Shown: in pieces, positions 53,401-64,000 of the stretch | Numbering within the stretch: the stretch's first letter is position 1 | Layout: each line of letters begins with the position of its first letter | NCBI GenBank assembly: GCA_002633005.1 | Contig: NMRA01000263.1 | Coordinates: 357,967 to 421,966 of the forward strand | From: Phoronis australis | Taxonomy: Eukaryota > Animalia > Phoronida | DNA length: 64,000 nt | Direction: 5' to 3' | Position numbers and translations under genes: made by a program | Notes under the pieces: generated by a model | Told to the model about the DNA's origin: nothing | What the model saw: the letters and a program-made list of their open reading frames with translations, nothing else | Databases searched by the model: none

Positions 53401-54354
53401 TCTAGACCCGCAAATGGGAATGGCGGGTTGTTGGGATGAGGACTTAAAAATCCTAATGAGTGACGTATTCATGTACATGCACCCATTTTTAATTAAGTGA
53501 AACCACTAGGAACATTTCCTTTTTGGCCATGGAACGTCATAATCTTCTAAGTGTTCACAAACCTAAAAAGTGCATCTGTGCATCTGCTGTAAGAATGTAC
53601 CAATTATTTATTGTTTGTTTTTCATACAGTGCATCTTTAATAAATTGGCGCAGACCTAGTCCCGTCATGTCACTGCTATCAATCACGCAGAAGGTTTGGA
53701 AATGAAAATGTGTGTGATATTTGTCACGAACAGGACGCTTGACTGCTGACGGACATGAAACTCATTAATATTTAACAATACCAATGATTTTGAATTCTGA
53801 TATGAGTTAGCTGAATGCTATTGCGCCAAGACAATCATGTACCGAAAGTCTCCGGAAACAGTCACTTTTAGGGTGGTACAGTTAAAAGCAGGATAGTCAC
53901 TCCACTAATGCTCACAGTCTGTTTCTTGTACACTATAGTGACACTTGATGACCCTTCTCATAAAAAATTCACACACTCTTTGGGGGAAATTCAAACGTTT
54001 ATTTACATTGCTGATGATGATGGTGATGATGACCAAGACGACGACGATGACTACAGCAACAATGACGGAGATGAGGATGATGGTAGCGGCGATGGGAACG
54101 ATGGTAGCGGCGATGGGGATGATGGTAGCGGCGATTTAGACCATGTTGATGACGATTCAAGCTTGGTGTTTTTATCTGTTGAAGTGGGCATTTTTTTGGA
54201 TAACTTTATCATAACAAGATCCACCTGTGCATTTCAAACACAATGTCCACAAATACACACGTCTTGTTGTTAATTGAGCGTTACTGCAGCTGTATTCAAA
54301 TAGTCATCATCAATAACAATTCCCTATTTTTGGAAAGGTGAGACAGCGTGCAAG

Positions 54355-56960
54355 ATGTCACTTTGTCGACTTAAAGTGTCTCTTATTGTATGTTTCGTTA
54401 TCCTAACACTAGGACTGACCGCTGAGTCCACTGACGGACAACCAGGTAAGTTTCAGGCACTTTTTAGTAGCTTCGTGAACTAAGTTGTTACAGATCGATT
54501 TATTTCGATTTTGTGTGTAAAATGCGAACAACCAACAATGACTTGCAACACGAACCCCATGGCACACGAACGAGCCCAGAGGCACGTTTCTAGGGAACAA
54601 AATTGTCAGTTTGCTCCGCCTGGACACAAAAGTCGGAACTCTGTTTTAGAGTAGACAACTTTAATGCTTCACTTGTGGCATTTTAGAACGTTTTACTTCG
54701 TCCATTGAATCAGGTTGGTAAAAGTTATGCTGAACATGCGGCAAGATCAAAGCAAAAGTTATCGGATTCAAACAGAAATAAAACAAATAGACTGTAAGGG
54801 TAACAACAAATGACACGTGGAATCATGACCTATATGGGAACGTATACCGGTACTTGCTCTTGAAACGTCATTAATTGACAGAAGAAGGTTCTACGTTTAC
54901 CTGAACAGAAATGTGTCCCAGTTAGTAAAACCTGACCGTATCACCACAGAAGGAAGCGTTCCTTAGACACAAAAATCTCAACAAAAAGAAACCTGATGCA
55001 AGACTCAGGGCACACATTCAAAAGCACGTGAGTAAAAGGGAACATTCCGCTTATGTTCTCGCGAGCTTACTACACTTTTGCTTAGTGCTATTCTTTTATT
55101 TCCCTACATGTATAGGTGGCACTGGAAATGAGGATAGGTAGCACTTACTAGCGCCCCCTAAGGCAATAGAGATCACTGAAGGGATTGGTTTAAGAGGCAC
55201 GAATATTGAATTATGGAATTAAATTGACTGTTTCCGTTCCATTAGCGGAGAGTTCTTGCCGCAAGGACTACGCAAGTGTCGTAGGTCTACTCCGGTCTTG
55301 GGACTATTTAATTGAAATTCCTTCAAAGAAATGAGAACTTTTTGTTTCCAATTATCTAATAAGATTTCAAACAAATTTTCACACCTTCATAACACAAGAA
55401 AATAGTAGCGCAGATGTACTGTGGACCGAAACAAACTGTTCTGCAGGAATGACACTATGAGCAGTGGCCATGGTGATCACAACTCTCTAAGAATTGTTTG
55501 GAAATAATGTTTTATTTCTATATCACGTCAATGTACAAACCAACACAGGCATTTGAAGCACATAAACAGATACTTTATATACCGTAATCGGGGGAGGGGG
55601 GTCGGGAAAAGTCTATGGTTGATACGCTAATGAGAATGACAATAATTTTGAACTGTCCCTATCTCAAACTCACTGACTGTGTCTCTGATGGGTTTACCAT
55701 TTGAACAACAGTAAATTGGTTTTCATTCGACCACCAATAGCATCCCTGCCTCTTTGTCAGTGCAAATTGATTGTCATCCGATAGCTGCTTCACCTCTTGG
55801 TGAGTGTATAACACGTAAGCAGGAAGTTCATTACTGATCTCGTACAAGTGTAACCGTCATATCAAGCTTTAAACCCATCACACGTTGGTAATTACGCTTG
55901 AATTCGTTTACCAACAATTTTGGTATGATATTTTATGTATTTCCTCTTCAATTAGTGTACTTTTAATCAAGAAATAAACGCAAAAATAAAAACAAAGATA
56001 AATTTTTGTAGTAACGCCATCAGTGGATCCGGTCTCCGCCATTGCATCGTCCTACACGAGCCGCGAGCCGCAGTGGTCTCGAAAACTGAGTTCGACTGAG
56101 TAGTACGAAAAGTTGCGTGTGCGGAGGATGCAGCAATAGTAATCGGGCAGACAATATTTCAGTTTTTGCGTTTCGAAAATATCTGTGCCATGTTGAAATT
56201 CACTAACCCCCCACACGGCGTTCAGCGCCACAGACCCCATGTAATGCGCCCGAGAGATTTCATGCTGCTGGTATAAACAGCGTTTTAACAACTTTCTTGC
56301 TAATATAATGCAGGCAAATTTCCATTGCTGTGTAGTAGGGTATACTAATGCATTACAAAAAGGACAAACCCTTTCAAATGTCAATGGATGAACAAGGACA
56401 AGACCAGTCATGTGTTGTTCAATCAGGCTAATTTAGAGTTTTCGATCATTAAAACTGTTTGGAGAAAGAAAATGCGCCTATCATCAAAGTGACTTATTAT
56501 CGTTTCAGGAGCTCAAACAAGCTTATCACAAGTGCTTCTGAATGCCATCTTTGACGAACAACTCGCTGCAACGGCCCCGGTAACACGTAACCTAGCAGAA
56601 AATGTCGATAGTTATGATGACGCGAAGAACTACCTGATGGACGACCGGGAAGAAACTGCGAATGAACACGAACAGACAGAAATTCGAAAATCAGGCAACT
56701 ACTTGGACCCACGTGATCAAATTCAACAAGAAGTAAGCCTAGACATCCACAAGCGACCCTGGTTCTGTGGATTGTGGCGCAAGCGCCAGATACGCAATCT
56801 GATGCTTGCACGAGTTCGACCGACCCATCTTTACAAAACGAAAACGAAGCGATGCAAGAAAGGCTACAAGTTAGTTAGACTGAGTATGCAGTTTGCAAAG
56901 AAGCTTGGTTATAGTAAGGCTAAAGTTGGACCAATGGTTGGACGCAGTCGTTTTACATAG
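54355..56960 (+). CDS. Uncharacterised secreted prepropeptide, 180 aa (signal peptide, acidic pro-region, KR, highly cationic C-terminal peptide)
   Basis: Exon 1 54355-54445 (MSLCRLKVSLIVCFVILTLGLTAESTDGQP, phase-1 CAG|GTAAGT) joins in frame to exon 2 56509-56960 (acceptor TTATTATCGTTTCAG; GAQTSLSQVLLNAIFDEQ...DIHKR-PWFCGLWRKR...GRSRFT*). AATAAA near 57232 and 57299. Confidence 0.75.
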
Positions 56961-57535
56961 AGTTGGTGGACCTCAAGCGATTGATCTTAGTAGTAACGCC
57001 CTCTTTCTTATTCTTACAAACTTATACTCCAGTATTTCGACATTTCATAGCTTCTTGGACTAAAAGACGGCAGTCGCTTATGGGACGAAAGATTTCACCG
57101 ACGCTTTGATTTACTGTACCGGGTGTCCCAAAATGTACTCACAGTTGAATGACAATTGCGGCATTGATTATTGTCCAAGTAGCATGATCAGCGCACTGGT
57201 AATCAAAAATGAAATACCATCTTTAAATCAAAATAAATCTATTGTTTATTAACTTGGAAACTATATTTACTGTCTTTACGTTTTCGCGTGTCCATCAAAA
57301 TAAACTTTCGTTCTAAAATTTATGTAGTTTCCCTTGCCATTCCTGTGCGCTCAAAACCCGTGACGACTCACGGAAAGGTGGGACCACACACTCCAGCTGG
57401 GTACAGTGTGTGGATTTTTCCCGTTTTGTAGCCTACCAGTGGGAGTACATTTTTAGGACGCTATGAAATGTGATGGAGGGCGGGCAAAACATAAATAATG
57501 GAAAGTACACCTGTCTGTAGGCAGCCTTGAACTCG

Positions 57536-57618
57536 TCAGTGTCCAGTCAATTGGACAGGAACCCTTAAGGAACACCATCAGTGTCCAGTCAACTGGACAG
57601 GAACCCTTCAGGAACACC
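57536..57618. repeat. About 42-bp tandem duplication with internal hairpin
   Basis: TCAGTGTCCAGTCAA(T/C)TGGACAGGAACCCTT(A/C)AGGAACACC twice. Confidence 0.8.
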
Positions 57619-60199
57619 GTGCAGTATAGCCCTCTACTGTGTTATATTTGCAGCTAGACCCTGTACTGACATCTTATAATCGACGTCACTATTGTTTTAA
57701 CACTCAATTACTATTATATATTATATATTATATATGAGAATGTTACAGCAAGCATGTACAACCGTAACATCGTCTTTATTGCAGTTTGATTAGCTGTAGT
57801 ATTTTATAGCAAAACAAAAGCCCATAAGAATTGATATAAACACAAACTACATGTACCCTGTTTAAGACATGTTTTTATAGAAGAAATCAGATGTCGTGTG
57901 CCTATGGAAAAAACATTCGAGCCATTTTTAGCGAAAAGTTATTTCGAATAAAGGCGCATCGGCCTTCTACAAATAGGTCTATAGTAAGGAAAGAATTATA
58001 GCGAGGCTTCTGACCAAGTTGACAACCTGATAACGAAAACGATAATGGTTTCAAATAACCACGAACAACTTTCGCGCTGACTTTGACGGGACAACCTCAG
58101 GTACTGTGGTGCCCTGAAGTTATCCTCTCACGTGTTTCATGTTCGCGCAGATGCAATCTTCAATTCACGAGTCCGCGAGTCATCTAATTTTCAAAATACT
58201 TTTTCTCCTACATTTTTCAAGAAATTATTTCAATTTCAGTGTAAAGATGTCTGTCTACATGCCAATCAAGTAAGTTGTCTAATCACATTAAATATGTCAA
58301 AGGTCATTGAGTGCAAACTAAGATTTTGAGCTAGACACTTCAAATTCACAAATCCAATTGGTATATGTAATTTACTTCCAATTCCATAGTTTCAGGTCAT
58401 TTGGTGCAATCATGGGGTTTTTAGGTGCGTTGAAAATTTGATCTTTTCATCCAACATCTATTCTGATGAGTCAGCAATTAGACAACTGTGATTCTCAGCA
58501 TTAAACACACTTTTCGCGGACTTTGCAATAATTCTACTAAAAGGGTTTATAATGCACCAGAAAGGCTCAATTTATGCAAAAGCCATCTAATTTTTAAAAT
58601 GTAATTTCTTCTCCATTTTTCATGGAATTCTCTTCAATTTGAACACGAAGGCGTCTCGCTAGTTCCCTGCGTGTCCGCTAGGGGGAAGGGAACACCCAGG
58701 TATCATTCAGCGGCACGGGTTTTATCACTGGTTGATGTAACCTCAGCAGTCATTGGTTAGCCTTACAACAAAAAGAGAAAACGGCGGACTTTGATTTTTA
58801 GCCTCGTCAACATCTTTACTAATCAAGTTTCCTCTCTACAGTGTCAATAACGTGATTGAGCTCAAAGTTTCAGGTGTAACCATGGGGTCATTACGTGCAT
58901 TTCTTTCTGAAAATTAACATGTTTGACTACTGCGATTATCAACATCAACCACACTTTTCAGACTTTACCATGATTCCACTACAAAGGCTAATAATGCACC
59001 AAAAAGGGCCAATTACTGCAAAGGATATCTTATTTCATTCAACACGTATTCCTTTAAAATAATTTCTATTCTACTGTGTCAAGAGTTAAACATCTGTGAT
59101 TCAGCACGATCCACATTTTTATATTCTTCTATATGAGTTCTGCTGCGGTGCAAAGCCACCGAAAAGGCTGTAAATTTTCCAAAAATTCTCACTCGCCCGG
59201 AGTCATTATTGTAACTTTCTAACAATAATCGTTCTAGTTTGAACCTGTCACCTATATAAGATTGACTTCAAATTGTGCCTTAGCCAAATTGAAATAATTT
59301 CTGGACTTGAAAGGAATTGACAGTTCATTAGTGCTCAAGACCAGATTCTGCAAGTCTGAGTTATCACGGTCAGTTATGTTATTCGCTGAGCAGCAGAATT
59401 TTAAGCAATAACAAACTTAACAATTCTTCGCAAGACCTGATACCACTTCTCATCTAAGAAAGGAACTAATTTTAATTAGTATTGAAATACCAAATTTTAT
59501 CGATAAGTGCTTTCTTCGATTGAATGTGTCACGTTTATAGATGATTTAAACTGCAGGGACGGTCGACATGATCAAAGCTAACACGATGGTCGAAGATACC
59601 GACTTGCCGTATATACATATTGTTGAACAATTTTATGACATTTACAGTCTTGCTGTAGCTATGGCCTAATAGATCAGTCGATCCAAGAATGTGGGGTGTC
59701 CAGCGCAAACAGAGGCATTTCTTCTGGCATAGACTACTATCATTGAGAATACGATACTTTTTTGACTCATGTACATGTAATAACCACTCAAATTGACCAG
59801 AAGATGGCGTCTTCAAGACTTGTACCTTCAATATTTTGTTCCGAGGATATGCATGTAGCTGTCGACGATGCTACCCGCGTAAGCATAAATCACAAACCGT
59901 CCAAGAATGTAGACGAGGAACTGCGGTGCTGGAGAGTTGTGTCTGAGTACAAGCACTGTCTCTTCTAGAGTTATTGTTTATCCGTCAAAGCAAGCTGTCC
60001 GCTTAGTAAATTGAAACCTGGCACACGTGTTGTGAGGCTCATCTCCGTTTGCCTCCATCCTATTTTTTGAAATTAGACCCCCTTAGAAAAACTGGTTGTA
60101 TGCATGAAAATGGATTTCGAAGTAATCGTTCATATATCAATCATCTGTTCTCGTTGACAACAAACCTGTACTTAAATTGTAACGAGAAATACTTTTGAG

Positions 60200-60930
60200 T
60201 TGACAAGTCAGGATTTGCTACCCAATAAATTGTAAAATAAAAACATAAATGTCCTATCAACAGGACACTTAAAATGATTTATGAAAAACTAGCAACCTAC
60301 AATATGACAAACTAATACGAGTAAGACTGACTGGGTTAACCCTGAAATTGGTGCCCGTGAAGGAGATAATTTATCACGCACACCTTTTGCGCTTTACGTT
60401 AAGAAATTAAAAAGGGATGAGAGGTGTGTGGCCATTCAATTTCATCAATTTCGCCCTTGTTCAAAAGTGAGGAAAATCTATAAAATTTGTTTTAACAGTT
60501 TAAATAATTGGTGTATAAAACAGAGAATGTCTTAAACAATACAGTTCACTTCAGAACCGAACCTATTGAAAAAGGTAGTTAGGATTTTAAAGTCGGAAAT
60601 TCAGTTGGTAAATGTAGAACATCACGTAACTATTTAGGGGTTATTCTTGATGATAAATACCTCGATTTCAAACAAAATGTATCTAGGTTTACCGGGGCTT
60701 CAGAAGATGTGTTAGGAAAAGTATTTTCAAAATCTCGCGATAATAATAGTAATATCTTAAAACTTTTAAAAACTTTTTTTGGTTCACGAGTATCACCAAT
60801 TTCATGTCACTATGTTTCTGCTGTGCCGGGTTACTAAGATTGCACTAATTCTGATAAGTATTCAAAACACTGCTGCGTGTTCTTTTTCAGGAGTGGACAG
60901 ATTTACACCTATCATTATCTTAGGATCATG
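60200..60930 (+). mobile_element. Degenerate LINE reverse-transcriptase remnant
   Basis: KTDWVNPEIGAREGDNLSRTPFALYV resembles the GVRQGDxLSPxLF motif; NYLGVILDD resembles the YLG motif; many stops and frameshifts. Confidence 0.7.
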
Positions 60931-61078
60931 AGGGGTGAAGTAATACATATAGCTGGAACTTAAATATGATTCTACTTTGGAACAAGTTTGTACGTTCAAA
61001 TGTTGATATACTTACTGAAATTGTTTTTCTAAATTTTAAGTATTTGTAATATTGATATGTGAGATACGAGCTCTTTAA

Positions 61079-61089
61079 ACACACACACA

Positions 61090-61125
<36 letters not shown>

Positions 61126-61131
61126 CACACA
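61079..61131. repeat. (CA)n/(CGCA)n microsatellite
   Basis: Directly visible. Confidence 0.95.
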
Positions 61132-61317
61132 TGTGTGGGATTAATCTGTAACTATCTAGCTTAGAAAATAGAAAATCATTTTATTTAAACACGAGGGTTT
61201 TGCTGAATAGTATGTAAAACATAACTTGTGACGTTCCAAGCGCCATCTATTGGCCCAGCTTATGACTGAAACTGTAACCCACAAAACTCCCTGTGGAGGA
61301 GCGGGACAATGTCAACG

Positions 61318-61476
61318 AGCCAATCCAGGTGGAAGTGACGTAGTTCACGCGCATGCGTTCTATCAAGAGGGATTCCCTTTCTTTACATCCTGTCGAAGTG
61401 CTTTTGTTTTAGCAGAGAATTTCTCGATTTTCAAGCACCGTGACAGCGGCATTGGATGAATTTCGACATGGTACGT
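61318..61476 (+). promoter_or_regulatory. Housekeeping-type promoter motifs and putative first exon of an unidentified gene
   Basis: CCAAT (61320), ETS-CRE composite GGAAGTGACGT (61331-61341), NRF1-like CGCGCATGCG (61348-61357), donor ATG|GTACGT at 61471. Confidence 0.45.
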
Positions 61477-61555
61477 GTGCCTGATTTATTATATTTTATG
61501 AGCTAACAGAAACCAATGCTCTTCGTGAAGGGCGCCGCCTGTTTAAAAATGTGTG

Positions 61556-61870
61556 TGTGATGATATCTGGATCAGCTAGTTGACATTTGCAAAATCAGGT
61601 CAACCAGCGGAGTCAGGTAGGACTTAGCATTTGTATTTTTGTGATGATACCTGGATCAGCTGGTTCACATTTGCAAAATGTCAACCAGCGGAGTCAGGTA
61701 GGACTTAGCATTTGTATTTTTGTGATGATACCTGGATCAGCTAGTTGACATTTGCAAAATGTCAACCAGCGGAGTCAGGTAGGACCAAGCATTTGTATTT
61801 TTGTGATGATACCTGGATCAGCTAGTTGACATTTGCAAAATGTCAACCAGCGGAGTCAGGTAGAACTAGT
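61556..61870. repeat. 81-bp tandem repeat, about 3.8 copies, each with a palindrome
   Basis: Unit TTGTATTTTTGTGATGATACCTGGATCAGCTAGTTGACATTTGCAAAATGTCAACCAGCGGAGTCAGGTAGGACTTAGCAT, period 81. Confidence 0.93.
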
Positions 61871-62612
61871 TGTCTGGTAATTCAGAAGTGTTTTTCAAAA
61901 ATTTCAGGTTATTTGCATGGAATTTTTTGATGGCGTTGTGCTACCCGATAGATGACAGAAGCTCGAATGAAAGATGAAGTGAACAATACAGGTAACTATA
62001 TGAAAATGTTGAATTTCCATGTGTAAGTTATTCACAGGTGCACAATTAATTGGTGACATATGTAACTCACTGTGCAATTTTAGGGCAATTCCTGATTTAA
62101 AATAATAATTAAGTTTCATTGTCATTCTAGTGATCATTTTTAAATATTACACATTTCATTTTTAGGATGGCCATATTTACTCACTAGTTATGATATTGTT
62201 TCATATCTTTCAAGATATTCAATTTGTTTAAAAGTTAACATCACAAAGAGTGTTAATTCCCAGCATAGACGTCTCTGTGATGATGATCTTGTGCTAAAGG
62301 CCAAATCGATACATAACACACATGGACGGCGCACCATAGGGGGCTGGGAGGGCTATAGCCCCCACTTTTTTCAGTGCTCCGGCGCCCATGGTCTATGGGC
62401 GGTGTACCCCAGGGGGGATGGGGGGCTGCGCCGCCCATGACACATATGACAGTTTGTCTTTGATTCTGCAAACATTGACTATCATGATCTTAACTGATTG
62501 TCTTTTATATTTTGAAACTTTAAGGTTTTGTTTTGTGATATTATTTTAAGGATGAGTCCTCATGCAGCGGACAAGCTTACTTAATAATAACATTATTTTG
62601 CTTTCTCATCAG

Positions 62613-62820
62613 ATCACTGTCAAGCCTCAGCAGAGTTTATTCATGAAGACCATGGGCATTTTCAGTGTTGTTGCCTTACTCGAAGGGAAGTAAGCAGTAA
62701 GAATTTCGTCCTGATGTGCCACCACTCCGTTCATGTAGGAGGATACCCAGCCGTACCAGACCTCCTCCCTGTGAAAGTCATAAAGAAAGATCTCTGCACA
62801 CACATAGAGAAAGTTAACAA
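62613..62820 (+). CDS. Possible exon of an unidentified gene
   Basis: Acceptor TTTGCTTTCTCATCAG and donor AA|GTATGT. One frame is open throughout (HCQASAEFIHEDHGHFQCCCLTRREVSSKNFVLMCHHSVHVGGYPAVPDLLPVKVIKKDLCTHIEKVN). No family recognised. Confidence 0.3.
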
Positions 62821-63117
62821 GTATGTAGTTCAAGGGCTTTGCAACCCATGTTTGGTGTTACAAATGATTTTTTTTTCATCGACTTTTTGCTGTGAAATTA
62901 GTCTCACCTTACTAGAGCTTTAGAAAGGATATCACAGTAAATGAGAGTGGTCTTTGAAATTGTAGTAAGACTTGTTGCAGATACGAATGTTAAATCTGTG
63001 CTCTCTAACAAACATGCATATTCGCTGGCTGTAACAAGTGACATGCTTGAAAAAAGAACAGAAAAAGTAAAATTGGGACCACCCCCAAACCAATGCCTAA
63101 TAAGTTTTTTTGGTCAT

Positions 63118-63545
63118 TTTTTAGAGTTCAAATTAGGAAATACGAATGCAAATTTTCAAATATAAGTCAGATTTTAAAGGGAACTGTTTCTCCTGTATGC
63201 TGCGCTGGGTTGTCATTTCATCTGAAAAGCAACATGTAGGGTTTCTAGTCAAAAACAAAGTTTCAGATCTCCCTAGCTTAGTAGTTTTAACTACTAAGAA
63301 TTAAAATTCTGACATTGTGAGGAAGAAGCANTTTTAGAGTCCAAATTAGGAAATACGAATGCAAATTTTCAAATATAAGTCAGATTTTAAAGGGAACTGT
63401 TTCTCCTATATGCTGCGCTGGGTTGTCATTTCATCTGAAAAGCAACATGTAGGGTTTCTAGTCAATAACAAAGTTTCAGATCTCCCTAGCGTAGTAGTTT
63501 TAACTACTAAGAATTAAAATTCTGACATTGTGAGGAAGAAGCAGC
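63118..63545. other. About 213-bp direct duplication across a single N (contig-overlap artefact)
   Basis: 63118-63330 is nearly identical to 63332-63545, separated by N at 63331. Confidence 0.8.
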
Positions 63546-63761
63546 AAGTGGTTTAATTTTCAGTTTGTAACTTTGAACCTAATGGGGTTTTATGCAATGC
63601 CTAAAATTGGCAGTGAAATCTATATATTGTATACAGAGAACAGCAGTGTGTTGTGACCAAGCTGTTTAACGGAAAATGTTGAATGTTATAGGCATTGAAT
63701 TGAGGCTCTGACAAAACATTTACCAGTTCAGTAATGTCATTACTACTGTGTAAAGTAAGTA

Positions 63762-63992
63762 CCTGAAAACACATTAACATAGTTTTAATTGCTGGAGTTT
63801 CTATTTCAGATGCATCATCCACAAAACATCTTGGATTCCATTCTTCATTGTGCTGTCTCAGGACCGATAGAGCCTTCTGCAAGGATGCCATGTTTTCATT
63901 TTCGACTTCCAGGCATCACTTCACATCCAGCATTTGTCGTGACACATACTAAAAACAGAGGATGGGCATACAAAGTAGTCTGGTGTTTATAA
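63762..63992 (-). pseudogene. MULE (Mutator-like) transposase fragment
   Basis: YKHQTTLYAHPLFLVCVTTNAGCEV, then a frameshift to ENMASLQKALSVLRQHNEEWNPRCFVDDASEIETPAIK. This resembles the TYKTTxYxxPLFxxxVxTNxG...WxPxxFxxD segment of the MULE catalytic domain. Confidence 0.6.
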
Positions 63993-64000
63993 TAGAATTA

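Larger units (their letters stand above)
48835..54735. repeat. Ancient direct segmental duplication: about 48835-50720 vs about 52875-54735
   Basis: Collinear similarity across TTCGGCTCGTCA...GCTGTGGATATCGTCATT...CGCTCTAATTGGCAA, the GAT-rich tract, GTGCATTTCAAA(T/C)ACAATGTC, the signal-peptide exon and intron start (AAAATTGTCAGTTTG...GAACGTTTTACTTCGTCCATTGAAT). Confidence 0.85.

Noticed and set aside
58463-58495. Hammerhead ribozyme core (CTGATGA-GTC...GAC)
   Set aside because: The required GAAA after stem II is missing, and no stems I or III were found.
61556-61870. CRISPR-like array
   Set aside because: Units are contiguous and near-identical with no unique spacers; eukaryotic context with no cas genes.
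63118-63545. Biological tandem duplication
   Set aside because: The copies abut a single N, typical of unmerged overlapping contig ends.

Overview
AT-rich, intron-containing animal genomic DNA from a draft assembly with N gaps. Protein and repeat style suggest a marine invertebrate, possibly a deuterostome (inference only). The left half holds two conserved genes head-to-head, with start codons 300 bp apart. Beta-TrCP (BTRC/FBXW11/slimb family, - strand) shows 7 coding exons and its 3' end runs off the window. RNase P/MRP subunit RPP30 (+ strand) has 10 coding exons, about 291 aa and one U12-type intron. RPP30 exons 3-7 occur twice between N gaps, probably two haplotypes, and the second copy carries two MITE insertions. 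The right half (40-57 kb) is a duplicated, lineage-specific-looking region with two uncharacterised genes. One is a 507-aa single-pass membrane protein with a mucin-like ectodomain and a tail of repeated YxLYDD(S/T)HR motifs. The other is a two-exon, 180-aa secreted precursor that the ORF track misses as a unit: signal peptide, acidic pro-region, KR site, then a 67-aa tail of net charge +20; a duplicated signal-peptide exon lies upstream. The remainder is DNA transposons/MITEs, one complete tRNA-derived SINE, LINE and MULE remnants, tandem repeats and a probable 5' end of another gene near 61-63 kb. All alignments and counts were done by eye; no database searches were run.
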